64,000 nt of DNA, taken from Rhodosorus marinus CCMP1338. Lineage: Eukaryota; Plantae; Rhodophyta. Positions 37,581-50,354 of the stretch are shown piece by piece. The translations under genes and the position numbers were made by a program. The notes beneath the pieces are model-generated. The model ran no database searches. It was not told the origin of the DNA and was given only the letters and a program-made list of their open reading frames with translations. Positions within the stretch are counted from its first letter, which is position 1, and every line of letters begins with the position of its first letter. The stretch is taken from the NCBI GenBank assembly GCA_029953675.1, contig JAMWBK010000010.1, positions 1,364,001 through 1,428,000 of the forward strand. Direction: 5' to 3'.

Positions 37581-40331
37581 ATGGGGGGTGGTAGGAGGAA
37601 CGGGGATGATGGAATGAAGGACGCCGAATCTGGGCGGGTGAAGGAGAGTGTTGGACGCGGGGAGGAGAACGGGGCGAAGGACAGCGGACCGGGCGGTAAG
37701 AAGGAGGAACTATACCAGGTGAGGAATCTTACATCAGGCTAGTTTCTTCCTTGCTTGTCCCGGGGAACGTGATCTTGTACGGTTGCTTGGCATCCCCGAG
37801 CCCTAAGCTAATTTTCGTCTTGTCTTGTTCAACAATATTAGAATTGCAGAATTTGTCTGGGCATGAGGGATTTCGATGAAATGATCCTGTGCGATACATG
37901 CGACAGGGTGAGCGCGCAAACGAGACACTCTCCACTCCCAGGTGTCGAAAACGTTCGTACTCAACGCTTTCAACCGCCAAATGTTTCTTACCTTCCGACA
38001 GGGTTTCCATCTGTACTGCCTAAATCCTCCTCTGGAGTCTGTCCCCGTTGTAAGTTTTCTTATTCATCGCATACGGAAAGCGGAAGCGGGCACCATTCTG
38101 ATCCCTGATAAATTTTGATTCTTTGTTCCAGGGTGATTGGATCTGTCCTCGATGTATACGGCGTGAGAGGAAAAAGCAGCATGAAGTCTCCCGGGGAAAA
38201 CGATTAGTGAACAGAATCCGGGAGGATGTGAAGCTCCTGCGAACTCTGCCCGTGAAATTGAATGCAAAGCTGCTTCTCAAGGAGGAGTTGGAAAACGACG
38301 TCAATTTGGTTCAGTTCCTCTCCCTTCGGGGTAGAACCGTACATGCAAAAGAGGAGATCCCATACGAGGAGAAGAGGACGAGAAAGGGAAGGCGAGGAGG
38401 TCGTGAGCCGGACGCTCTCACGGCCAAACGCCAACCAGGCGAAGCCGCAGACGAAACTGCCGTGGACGAGGAGAAAGCAAAGGTGGAAGTAGAGAGTTAC
38501 CATCGAACGAACCGTAGAGGAACGCGTCAGAATCGTCCCCGGCGGGACAATCTCAGCACCAATGGAGAAGGCAGCAATGGGACGGACTCATCGGCGCAGG
38601 CCGTCGGGTCAGGCTTTCCGGCGCCATCTCAAGGCCAAGCTGCAGCTGTGGAGTCAGCAGGAAACAAGCCTTCAACCACTCGCCGAGCGGCTAAGCCAGA
38701 GGCGGTTATTGTTCCGGAGGCAGCGTCTGTCACGAAACCGGCCAGTGACGATGCCACACCCGCAGCTCCTATATCTCGGCATGCACGGCCGCAATCTCGA
38801 AGCATGGTAGTGGAGGAAATTCCCAGCGCAAAGAAACTGGAACCCTCCAGAACCGCTGATGAACCAGAAAAACGCCGACTACTGCCTTCCATAAACAATC
38901 TGCGGACTGATGGGCCCCCGCTCGGAAAGCTAGGAGGCCACTCTGAAAATGTCCTCCCGCCGCTCCCGACAATGAGTCCTGAAATGGAAACTCTGCCCAC
39001 AGATCCGATCTTGCCACCGCTTTGGACAAAAGAGGGTAAGCAATGATCGCATTAGAAAGCACTGAACGAACCCTGTTTTTTATCTCAGAAGTATTCCTTG
39101 CTAACACGCTTCTCCATTCGGTTGCTTTGGCTCTTAGGTTCTCAGTCACTGGGTCAAAAGGTAAGACCGTGGAGTTTCCCCTTGGTTCTCCTGAATCTCT
39201 GCTTAGTGAATTGTTTTCCTGCCAACTTAGGAAAATGAGAAGGGCTCGGAACAAACTGTGGCATGGCAAGGTGGGGACGCTCCTTATGCGCAATCAGCAC
39301 AGCCACAGGGCCGTTTCGTTGGGCGAGATGGAACCCAGCTCCCTTCTGCGCAAACTGGACAGAAGAAGAAGAAGGATTCTTCTGCCGTCGGAACGCAGCC
39401 TGTTCCTGGAACTGGCAACTTCAAAGTGACGGATGCGAAGAGAAGCACGAAAGGTACGGCGAAAATATTGGGATAGCCGGAAGCGCTATATACTAACGTG
39501 GGCTCTAATGTATCTTGGGTTCCGCAGGCAATTCACGGACGGCTTCCGGGAGCGTCACGGGGAGCACAGCGCGGGGAAATAGATCGGGCCGGAAGACCGC
39601 GGACATCACCGGCGGAGATGTAGGACAAAGGCAGGCGAGTTCTACCAAGGCGACAAGGAAGGGCGACGAAGGCAACGCGCAAGTACCTAGTACTGGGGTG
39701 GGAGCAAGAACTGCTAGGTCTTCAGCTCAGTCCTTGAAGCGGAAGAATATGAAAGGGACAATGGAAGCTGAAAGCGCCAAGAAAATTCTTGAAGAGAAAG
39801 CGGAAGGGCAACAATCGAAGCGCGTACGCAATGAAAGTAAGCTGGTCGTTATATCAGACTAACGAAACTGCCGCGAATGTGTGAAGTGCTCGTTCCTATT
39901 ATCAGTTTCTAACGCGAGTTTGCGCATTGTTTCTTGAACCAGATCCGCTGAGGCCCATCGATGAGATATTGAATTCCCGGGGAGCAGCCAGAGCAGGCTG
40001 GAAAGCAGAGAACGAGTTGGAGGGAACTGATTCAGGGGTCGACCCGAGTGGAGAGGCACGAAGAGAGACGTTCCCTGGTCAGCCGGGTGAATGGAGGATC
40101 CCAGAGTTGCGGGTTCCTCCAATCAGTGGCGGGGTTCCAGCTCGACAAACCCACGTGGATACGCAGCCGCAGATCGTCGGCTTCGGGGGAATTATGCCTC
40201 CGGCGCAAAGGGGTGGATTGCAAATCATGGATTATGGACCGTATGAGCCCAACCATCTGGCTCATTTTCAGCAGCACGGGTCACAAGGTCATCGCCAACA
40301 AATGCGGGTACATCAGCAGCAGCAACAGCAA

Positions 40332-40382
<51 letters not shown>

Positions 40383-40817
40383 CAGCAGCAGCAGGAGATT
40401 CAACACTCTGCGATGAGACAGTCTCGCCTGCCTCAACATTCTGTTCAATACGCTCCAACATCCGGCCAGCAGAGCACAATAGGATTACCCTCCTATGCTC
40501 AGCAGGGGCTGCCTGGGCATCATCAATTGGACCACTCGTTTGGACCCCACCAAGTTGCACCACTTGGCCACGGACCACAAGGGCTCGGTCAATCAGCAAC
40601 TCCAACCGTCAGACAACTGCAGTCGCCGTTGGGACAGCCAGGAACTCCCGGCGGGCTTCCGCAAGGCCCTCAACTGGGACAACCGGGAGGTCCACCAGGA
40701 AGACAAGGACAACAACCGCAGCAGCAGCAGCAACAGGGACAGGGCGGACAACAAGCTAATGGATCAGTTCCGACCCTTACTTCTTTCGCGTCTCTACTCA
40801 AAATGTGGCGTGAGTAG
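37581..40817 (+). CDS. PHD-finger protein with long disordered, Q-rich C-terminus (multi-exon)
   Basis: Spliced PHD: NCRICLGMRDFDEMILCDTCDR|GFHLYCLNPPLESVPV|GDWICPRC (C4HC3). Further exons lie within ORFs 38123-39046, 39258-39476, 39515-39862 and 39927-40817; downstream junctions are less certain. Confidence 0.8.
40314..40394 (+). repeat. Coding (CAG/CAA)n microsatellite, Q22-H-Q4
   Basis: Run of cag with interspersed caa inside the last ORF of the PHD gene. Confidence 0.95.
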
Positions 40818-41729
40818 GGGCTCAAAGTACGCACGCAGGACACGAACCATCGGAGGAAATCCCTTTTGGCCGGCAGGCAATCCTTCTTGCAGAGATTAGC
40901 GCTGGTCCAGTGCGTGTCATGTTGATGCCTAATTCGAGAGGCGATTGTTAACTTAATGCTCGCGCCTTGGAGTTTGTATTTTTTTTGTGGGCCACGTGCT
41001 CTATACGCCACTCTTTCTTGCGGTACTCTTGGAACGCCCCGAGTTTAGATTATGTTTTTGTCGGTGGTGTTGCATGCCGCTTGGGTCTCCCATGAACGGA
41101 ATAGCTCCTTGCTACTCTGCCGAACAGAATTTCGAGCTCGTGAGGCAGTTGGTAACCTCCTTCAGCTTTGTCTGGTCTACGGGAAATGGATAACGTGGTC
41201 CCGATAGAAATCTTTTTCTGCCTTCGACGTTAAGGGTGTAAATGGAGAATCTGAAAGTCGAGCTGGATCAGACGCACGGCGAGGAGAATGCTGTAGAATA
41301 AATTGAAAAACTTTTAGATTCGTGAAATTTGGCAATTGACGTTTGCAATAGCTTCAGGGGTGGTTCTAGGTAGGCTGTTGATGGAAAACTCTGGATTGCC
41401 AGGGTTCCGAGAACATCTGGTTTGGGCAGGCTGCCTAGAAAAGTTTCCAGTCTGGCGTGGCTCAGGTCTTGCGAAACATCAGGGGGACGAATCATCCCCT
41501 TAGTCAGCTTGCGTGCAGGAGCACCGGATCGGGTCAGGTGGTGGTTAGATCATTGGGGAACGCTCTTTTTTTTAATTGAACAGGGGTCTATAGCCCCAGC
41601 TCTCGAATATGAACGGAGAAGTTCTAGACATATCTTGAAATTGAAACAATGTGGACATTCACAGGTATCTTCCAAGAAATAATACCGTCAAATTACTGTA
41701 TCACTTTCGTTTTCTTGGAACTGGGAAAT

Positions 41730-42931
41730 CTAGGGGTTGACAGAGGTCTCGGCAAAGTCCGGAACTCCAACCATCTCCTCAAACCTCTTCACCTCATTTT
41801 CGCTTCCAAAGCAGCACTGCGATTTCACCTCAGTTGAGTCAATCGGAATGTCGAGAACAGATTGCTTGCCTTCTGAACTCTTGGCGCCTCCGGCCTCCAT
41901 CAGGAAGCCAATAGGAGCCACCTCATACAGAACTCGCAACTTGGCCTTGGCGGTAGGAGAAGCCGGGTTGCAGAATACACCCTTGCCCTTGACGAGGATC
42001 TGGTTGACATCCGGCACCATTCCTCCGGTGTATCGAAGCTGGTACTTGTTACTGTTGTAGTAGTCAATAAGCTCCTTGTATCCGTCGTTGTCCTGCGCCG
42101 CTCTGAGGTTTCCGGGAGCGAAAAGCTTGCCCTCCGCGACAGAGAAGAACTCGGCGACGTGGACCCAGGATCCGTGACGTCCTGTCGATTTACAAAGTCA
42201 TCGGATAGTTAGAAACCACGTGCACCAACTCCGTGAAGCGTAAATCCGAACAGCCCAGTCATTTTCGATAAATTCTTACCAGAGAAGTCGTCCATCAAAA
42301 GGAACTCGTGAGCTCCCTCGACACCATCAATAGCCAGGGACATGGTAGTCCTAGGGCCGTAGATGCACAGTCCAGAAGCGGAAAGTTCACGGCCGGTGAT
42401 CCCAGTGAGCTTGCTTCCGGGCCAGATTCCATAGATCGTTCCGACGGAGAAGTTGGTGTCAATGATGGAGGAGCCGTCGAGGGGATCGAAAGCCACGGAG
42501 TAGGAGCCATTCTCCGAGATTGGGACTTCTTTGGGAACTTCCTCAGATGAAGCGGTAGCGCAAGTGCCGCAGTTGGTCAAGTTCTCGAAGATGACTTTGT
42601 CAGAAAGGATATCAATTGCCAGCTGTTCATCTCCAAAGTCGTTGAAGCAAGCAACCTTGTCGCAAGATGCGGTCCTGACCTTGTACGATATTTCCTTGCA
42701 AGCCGCGAACATTGCCCGGATCGTCGTCGACAGTTCGCTCTTGACCTCGTTGTTCATCAACCAGTCTTCCAAAGCAGCACCAGACGCTGCCATCACGGTG
42801 GTGAAGCGCCTCTTCGGTGCAGCCACCTTGATCGATGACCTCACCGCAACTCTTCCAACATTTCCACAGAAAGAAGAAGCCGTCGACGATCCGATTCTCA
42901 CAGAACTAACTCCATTCACAAAAGCAGCCAT
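41730..42931 (-). CDS. SBP: Sedoheptulose-1,7-bisphosphatase, plastid. Exons 42931-42280, 42181-41730
   Basis: MAAFV presequence; [90 protein letters not shown]. Confidence 0.95.
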
Positions 42932-44710
42932 CGTACTATTACCAAACAAGGCAAACAAAATCGAACAATAACAAAATAGTACGATCAGCTATACCCTCCT
43001 TCCTCCCTACCCCACTCCAAACTCTTACCAGCACACTCCTAAGCTCCGCTCCTTAAATATCTCCATAATCAAAATCCTCATACACACAAAAAATTCTTCT
43101 CCAAACACAGCCCCAAACCCCGTCCCCCTCCCAGCCTCTCTCTCATCAAAGCTTCACCCCCCAAATTCCCATCGTCTCTCAACGACCCCAAAAATCCAGT
43201 ATTTCAACGAATACCCTGAAAACAAATCGACTGGTCCATAATCCAAAGGCCATTGTGACCCACCGAATAAAGATAAAACAAAAAAAAAATAGACCAAGAT
43301 TGAAGCCACAGTTTTCCCTTCCCTTCAACCCCCCACCCCCCAAACTTTTTCTCGTTTGCTTCTTTTTACCGAACGACTATATTACCACCACCCTCCAGTG
43401 AATAAACGTCTGAAAAGTCGACGAATCTAAGTATATTTAATATAAATATGTATATTTAGATGGAATATTTTATTCGATTTACCCCCTAGTCTTTTTTCCT
43501 ACTCGATCAACATGATTGGGATTCTAACCTCCTCCATCGCCCTTTTTGACTTAACCGAGATAGACATGTTGATAAAAATGAATTTTTGAATGTTTTGGCT
43601 GGATTCTTTTCTGTGGCCACACGAGCTCTCATTGATCCTGCCGTGAGGATGAGATAGACCAATTGTAGATCAAAGGGTTTTTTTAAAACCAATGATTTTA
43701 TCCCGCGTGTCAAATTGGACGTGGACAGAAATCCACATGTTAGTGATTGAGCTACATCTATATGGATCAAAATGATTGCTAGTTGCTAGTTGGTGAAGGA
43801 CAGGAATCGGTCTGCTTGCATGTTGGATCGGCACGGACAAAGTTGATTAAGAAGCCGTGAAAATCGATACGGGAAAACGTCTATGGCCATCGGAGACGGC
43901 GGGCATAAGACAGTTGGTTGAGGGCGGGAAGGTCTGTTGGAGGGGAAGACGAGCAGTGACGAACGTCACATTCGTCACTGTTCGTCGCTGGTCCTGAAGA
44001 CGTATTGCAGTTTGCATAGGAGATCGATGCACACATGATCAATGGTTTTCGGTTTCCGCCCAAGCTATGGTGTAAAAACCCCAGCACTCGTAGACCGTAT
44101 GCTAGCTACAGTTGATGGCCTCATATGGCGATCACGGAAATCTGTGGCTGAAGGAATTGTTGTGGACATGTCGTTAGTCCCGCATCGCCTTTGAGAGAAA
44201 GCGTTGGGAGAGGGTGTATATCTAATCATCATCGGGATGGACCTCTCCTGGTGGAGAGGCCGTTCCAACAATAACAACAAGTAACAAGGATAGCCTTTCA
44301 GATCTGTCCCGGTCTCTCAGTTGTTCGACTTAGTCCAGGTGAGGAGAAGGCTGAGATGAGTTCATTCTTGTCCAACGGCCTAGGGAAAAAAGGAATCCTA
44401 TGTCCGCCATGCGTTGCGTGACTCTTAAGGAGCAGACCCGTGGGGAAACACGCACAGCTCGAATTCGAGGGTTCGGGACGGATCCACACGGGGTTCACAA
44501 TCCATAGCTTTTGCTGTACTGTAGAAGGGTAAACTTTATTCAACGCCTAAACTTTCCGCGAAAAGCCAAGCAACCTGCTCATAACGAGCATCCAAAATGA
44601 GTTCCGTCGCAGCTGCGCGGAGCTTGCGACGATACCACCAGCCAATGGATCACAGAAGCAGGGAAGTTTTCACATTTTATGCGTTCGTTTCAAGAGGATG
44701 AGGTGACTGC

Positions 44711-45574
44711 TCACAAGTCCCATCCGAGCTCAGAGAGCTTCTGATGTGCCTTTGCGTAGTCCTCAAAGAACTTGTCCTGGTTTGCCGCGTACTCTTCGAC
44801 AAGGGCCTTGCAGTTCGGCTCGTCCATCAGCGCCAGATCGCTCTCCAGTTTCAGGAGGGCGGGATCCGCTTCCTCCTTCACTAGCTCCTGGAAATAGGAG
44901 TTGTCAAACTTCAACATTTCGTGAGTCCAGGGTCCCTCGAATCCGGAACGGTCCTTGTGGGCCTTTCCCAGAGTGTGCGCTCCGGAAAGCGCGACGATCT
45001 CAGCGTCATTGAATCCCATCCGGTAGAAGATATCTCGGAGGTGGCCCATCCTCTGGCCTGCGTCCGGAAGACGGCCATCAGGGGTGCAATTCTCCGGCAA
45101 AGCATCTTTGCGGCCGAGATTAAAGGAAATTTGGGGCCCTCCCGCGTGTGCAACCGCCACAACAGAGGCGAGCTGATAAAGGTCGGCGTACGAAATTTCC
45201 GGGAACTTCTCCTTAATGGGCTCAAGCGTATCCATGGCCCATCCCAGTCCATTGTTTGCTCCGTGATCCCTCTCCGGAGAGAACCTGATGGAAGCATCGG
45301 CTCCTGGAGTCTCGGGCTCATCCTTGTTAAAAGTTCCGGCGTCGTGCCAAGCAAGTCGAACCATGATCGGCTGGCACGGGACCTCATCGTAGAGCTTCAT
45401 CAACGAATCGGTAACCTCCGCAACGTCAACTTTCATACTCACAGGAGTGGTGTGCAATGAAGCCCGGCCGTATCCCATTCCGGCCCTTCGCATCGTCGAC
45501 ATCGATCCGCACACATTGCTCCCGAATGAGAGTCCTCTGCGGACCAACAAACCACTGCTCCCAACAAAAGCCAT
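44711..45574 (-). CDS. APX: Plastid ascorbate peroxidase (class I heme peroxidase), single exon
   Basis: MAFVGSS presequence; MVRLAWHDAGT (distal R/W/H), ERDHGANNGL, SYADLYQLA, GRLPDA, ALSGAHTLG (proximal His), SGFEGPWT, FFEDYAKAHQKLSELG. Confidence 0.95.
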   Translation of the reverse strand: MAFVGSSGLLVRRGLSFGSNVCGSMSTMRRAGMGYGRASLHTTPVSMKVDVAEVTDSLMKLYDEVPCQPIMVRLAWHDAGTFNKDEPETPGADASIRFSPERDHGANNGLGWAMDTLEPIKEKFPEISYADLYQLASVVAVAHAGGPQISFNLGRKDALPENCTPDGRLPDAGQRMGHLRDIFYRMGFNDAEIVALSGAHTLGKAHKDRSGFEGPWTHEMLKFDNSYFQELVKEEADPALLKLESDLALMDEPNCKALVEEYAANQDKFFEDYAKAHQKLSELGWDL

Positions 45575-47671
45575 TCTACAAAAATTAAGATTTACCAACA
45601 AGCTGAAACAAGAGAATTGAAACTTCTTAATCCTTCTAGCCCTTTCGTCTCCCTCAATCTCCCTCTCCTCCTTCGCTTCCCGCTGCCGTCATCGTGCTCA
45701 ACCGATGTCATCCACCGCTAGATAAAACCTTTCCAGGAGACCCAAAATCCAAGGCGTTTTCGGCAGCAGCCATTTGGTCTATCTCTGATAACCAATATAT
45801 GAATCTTTACCCCTTTTTTCAAAACCATGACTCCATGCATCCATTATCGAGGGGTTCCTCATGGACGGTTCCATTTATCCCGGATACCATTCTTTGAAAA
45901 CCATTGGTTTAAATATCTGCCGTCCGCACATTTATACGAATTATAGAACTATACGTGTTATTAACATTTTTATTGGATGAAAGTTTTTATTAAGAATATA
46001 TAATTGGTTAACTTTATATGATTAGTTATAAATTAGTTGCCTCAGATGGAATTTGAAAGTTGATTTAAGAGGGGTATCGTCTTATTTTCGGAGTATACAC
46101 AATTAATGGTCTTTGCAAAGGGGGGGTTTGGTTCACGTGGAAATACAGGATCTCCGTGCAATGGAATCAAAGCAAAAAAATTTCCTTTTAACCAAAAACG
46201 AGTTAGTGGTGATGTGAAACATGTATTGTTTTATTTTATTGAGGTTTTGCGGTGGCCGTTGTGCCTCGGTGGAATGGAATCTCATTTCCCCCTAGTTGCT
46301 TCCTCTGGTGGTTTCTGTATCAATTGTATGGGAAGACTGTCTATGGTGGGAAAGGATAGTGCTTTATCAGTGGGAATCTGTTTGATCTCCAGTAGCTGAC
46401 GGATGCATGATCGTTTGCTGTGGACAGAGGACTTTAGCCCGATTTGAAGTGGACTTGAGTGAAGTAATTGATCCAAAGCTCCTTGGACTTTTCAGAATGC
46501 ATGTGGCTCATCGTCGGAACCAGACAGAGGAAATTCACATACATCGTAAAAAAATTAGATCGAAATGGAGCAGCTAAGCCACTGGCTAATGGAAGCAGGT
46601 GCGTACAGTACACATGAGAGAGAACGTCGGCAGGTGATACACCTCGTGCCAGTCGAAAAAGCCGTGGCCTATGCTCCAAATGTCCGCGTAGCTACACGCA
46701 GATCCGCCAAACTTTTAGCAGTGAGCAAGCGGCGTTTCAAAAGCACCAGGGGGGTTATAGACCACCGCAGGCAGGTTCCCCAAGCACACTGCCTGCCGGC
46801 TCTGCTCACCTCGGCTTAATGCGGATCTCAACAGCTAGCTCAGGGAAAATCTCAATAAGCTTGTGCCATGAGTTCTAGCCGGTCGACGTCAGTGGGACCG
46901 TATAGAAGCGCCCGAAATTTGCTCATCCAGCTTCTTGACAGATACCTATCCACAACACTCCTCATTGATACCCTACGGAGCGCATCAGACAAAGCTAGTT
47001 CCCTCTACGCGACCACAAAACACCAAAATTGCAATACTCGTAGCCATTTTCCCCCTCTTTCAATGAAGATAAAATGTCGTTTTTGAAAATAAATTAGACC
47101 AGGTAGCACTGCATCCTTCAAAAACCAATATGAAAAAGTACATTTTTTAATAATTTATCGAAATGATGATATTCCCGTTTCAATCAAATTATATATATAT
47201 TTCAAATATCTCAAAGACTAAATTTCCAACCAAACACAAACTAATCAGAGAAATTTTCGAAAATCAATCTCGACTTGCTTGGGTGTTGGCCTTTGGAAAT
47301 ACTTACTTTCTTCACGTCTTTCTGTTTCCATCATTGGAAAAGTTTCTAATTTTAAAAGGAATCTAATGGATCATAAAAGGAAAACAATTTCATGTCACGA
47401 AAGCTTTACTTTCGGGAAGTTTTGGGAAGAAGATGAGAACGTAATTTTTCATATGAAGGTTTCCGTTGGTGATAATTAAAGGATGGAATGAGATTTTGGT
47501 GTGGAGAGGATGATATAAGAAGACGAGGGGGAGTGGAGGATTTAAAAGCTTTGGTGATGGAGTTCACTTTTGATTTGGTTTTTCCGAGTCGTTGATTTTG
47601 CTTTTCTCTGCTCGATTGTTTTGGAGGGTGAGGAGGCTGGGTTCGGGAAGCGGTTTGAGTTTTGCGTTGAG

Positions 47672-48472
47672 ATGGAGGAGGAAGGCGAGAAATCAAAACA
47701 GGTATTAACCTGTGCGGTTGTTCATAAGGGAGTAAATAAGGTGGGCAAGATGCATGTTATGTCGGACCACTTGGTGTTTCGGTCCGGCTTGTTGAATGAT
47801 CCGCCGGAGGTGAGGATCCAGTATGATGATGTGGAGCATTTGAAGAGAAGAGGGGTGGGCGGAATCTCCATAGAATTGAAAGAACCCGAAGGAGAAATAT
47901 GGAGGTTTGCAACTTTTCCTAGGCCGGAATTCGCATATCGAACTTTAAAATCGGCTATGGGTTTCGAGACGCTCCCCGACGAGGAGGAAGCAGCGGAGGA
48001 GCCCACTGGCACCAGAATTGAGCCGCAGGATACGAAGGCAGTGCCCCAGACCGGCACTGCGAAGATTGAAAATCAACAGACTGAACCCGTCAGTGACCAG
48101 GAACCTGTATCCGTGGTTCCGGTCCCTACACAACAGTGGAGGAACGATTTGTGGAAAGAAGACATAAACAAAATGCAAAACCCAAAAATCGTCAGCGATA
48201 TGGATGCAGTGATGGACTCCGATGCAGACGAGGACTCAGACAATCTAAGTACGAGCTCGTCGGGGTCGAATAGTCCCGGTGTAAAGACTCCAGATGCCGT
48301 TCAACGTGCCCAAATTTCTCCCAACGCACTCATCATTGTGCTTTCAATTTTCGTGCTGGTGCTTGTTGTTATCATGGTCATCGAGGCTCTCGATGCGAAC
48401 GAATTCGCTACAAATGAGCTCTACATTTTGAAGCGGTCTGCTTGGGATTACGACACATCCCACCCGCTTTGA
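47672..48472 (+). CDS. GRAM-domain protein with C-terminal TM helix
   Basis: N-terminal TCAV...GKMHVMSDHLVFRS...IQYDDVEHLKR...WRFATFPRPEFAYRTL resembles GRAM (PH-like); acidic linker; TM ALIIVLSIFVLVLVVIMVI. Confidence 0.7.
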   Translation: MEEEGEKSKQVLTCAVVHKGVNKVGKMHVMSDHLVFRSGLLNDPPEVRIQYDDVEHLKRRGVGGISIELKEPEGEIWRFATFPRPEFAYRTLKSAMGFETLPDEEEAAEEPTGTRIEPQDTKAVPQTGTAKIENQQTEPVSDQEPVSVVPVPTQQWRNDLWKEDINKMQNPKIVSDMDAVMDSDADEDSDNLSTSSSGSNSPGVKTPDAVQRAQISPNALIIVLSIFVLVLVVIMVIEALDANEFATNELYILKRSAWDYDTSHPL

Positions 48473-48744
48473 GTCAGTATCTCCGGCCCTATCACTGCTG
48501 AAGAATCGACACAAGATCGGGCTATTTGCCAGTTTACTGTCTCTATATCTATTCATTATCCCTTTCTCCGTACATTCTACCTGATTCCAAAGTTTGGAGG
48601 CTGGAATACTAGTTCTACACGCGCCCGGCGGACATGCGACCGCCGAGCTACGAAGCTTCTCGAAGTGGTGCAGAGGCGAAGGGCAGATTAACCCCCGAAA
48701 TAAATATTATAGGACACTCGTCGCTAAATGTGTTAGCGAGTTTT

Positions 48745-49557
48745 TCAACCCGTGGCCTCGGCGGAGACATTCGGATAAAACCTGGCTCCGAAGATCGTAG
48801 ATCCTACGCGGACGTTAGTAGATCCTAGTTTGGTGGCTGTCTCAAAGTCGCCACTCATTCCCATGGACAGCTCGAGACTCGTGGGGCTTCTGTTGAGCGC
48901 TTCAGCTACTTGATTCCGCAACGAGGCCAGGCTCTTGAAATCCTCGTTATCTGGCCCAGCGTTGGCCATACCAATAGTCATCAAACCAATCAGGGAGAGC
49001 CCTGGGCAGTTCGAGACGATATGATTGGCAACGTCTACCGCTTCGCCTTTCCCAGCGCCGGATTTGGCTTCTTCCTCTGAGACGTTCACTTGGAGCATGA
49101 CTCGGAGTGGTTCCGACTTTTCAACCCACTCCTTGTTCAACGCGTCTGCAATCTTTATTCTGTCAACGGTCTCCACGCACCATAAATTCTCCACTTTGGA
49201 GAGCAGCTTCGCCTTGTTCGACTGAAGGGGTCCGATGTAGTGCCAACAAATATCTTTCGGGAGTTCTTCTGCTTTCCTTACAAGCTCCTGCGCATAGTTC
49301 TCCCCAAAGTGTCTCTGACCAACCTCATAAGCGTCCATGATCATTTCCGACGGTTTTGTCTTTCCAACAGCAACAAGCCTCGGTACATCCGTCCTCCCCG
49401 CTTCCTTCGCCGCCTTCTCCAAGCGAGCCTGAACCGACTGTAACGCAATCTTCACAGACAAGTCCCGAGCTTGAGAATCCGAATTCACACTCATCGCTCT
49501 ACGAACTGACGGCAATCTAAAGCTCCTCCCAAATCCTACCAGACCAACGAACGCCAT
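48745..49557 (-). CDS. PLPBP: PLP-binding protein (YggS/PROSC family) with plastid-type presequence
   Basis: LVAVGKTKP (PLP lysine), [44 protein letters not shown]; starts MAFVGLVGF. Confidence 0.94.
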   Translation of the reverse strand: MAFVGLVGFGRSFRLPSVRRAMSVNSDSQARDLSVKIALQSVQARLEKAAKEAGRTDVPRLVAVGKTKPSEMIMDAYEVGQRHFGENYAQELVRKAEELPKDICWHYIGPLQSNKAKLLSKVENLWCVETVDRIKIADALNKEWVEKSEPLRVMLQVNVSEEEAKSGAGKGEAVDVANHIVSNCPGLSLIGLMTIGMANAGPDNEDFKSLASLRNQVAEALNRSPTSLELSMGMSGDFETATKLGSTNVRVGSTIFGARFYPNVSAEATG

Positions 49558-50354
49558 CCACCAACGAGGACCGAAACACGAAACGATAAAACAAACTCTC
49601 AACGGACAACAACAAATCCAGCCCAACCAATGCAAACCTCGTCAAGACATCACGTTCTAAACTTCTACAATCTCCACTATTCTTATCGACCTCGAGATTC
49701 ACAAAATGATCTAATTTCCTAGTCCTTATCGACAAATTCAAATATGGGAACGTTTTCACCCCTTTAGGCGCCCTCATGTCCAAAACCAACTGCATCCATC
49801 ACGGCGTCCACAGCAGCCATCCAATGCAACCACCTCCACAAGTGATACCCGGTTCATGGGACTGTCCCAGAACTGTCCCAAACTTGATTCTGGTTGGCTG
49901 ACAGCTACAGCCGGCATTCCCACTGGATGGATTCCTAGAGGCTGGCTCTCGGACTTGGCGATGAGAGAAGTTTTTCTGCATTGTAAGTCGCGATAGGTTT
50001 ACGGATGAGATGAATATCTCCATCGGAGCTTCCTAACACCGAGGTGTTTGGACGGGGCTAGGACTCTCCGCGTTGCGCCCAGGTCGGGGTTTTTCCAGTG
50101 TCTGTTGACAAACGTTTTGGATATGGTGAGTCTAGATAGTTATATGCGTCTGCTTACCAGAATTTCAACCCATGCGCTGCCAACACGAAGCGGATGTTGA
50201 GGTACGAGATTTAGTATGAGCAAACGCAAACGTTGCGAGAGGGAGATTTTTGCGGTAGGCAGCTGACACTTGTTGGTTTGTTTAGCGTCAAACAGAGCTT
50301 GCGGTGAACGGGAGCTCATTCTGAATAGATTGTGTGTCATAAAATAAGTTTTCT

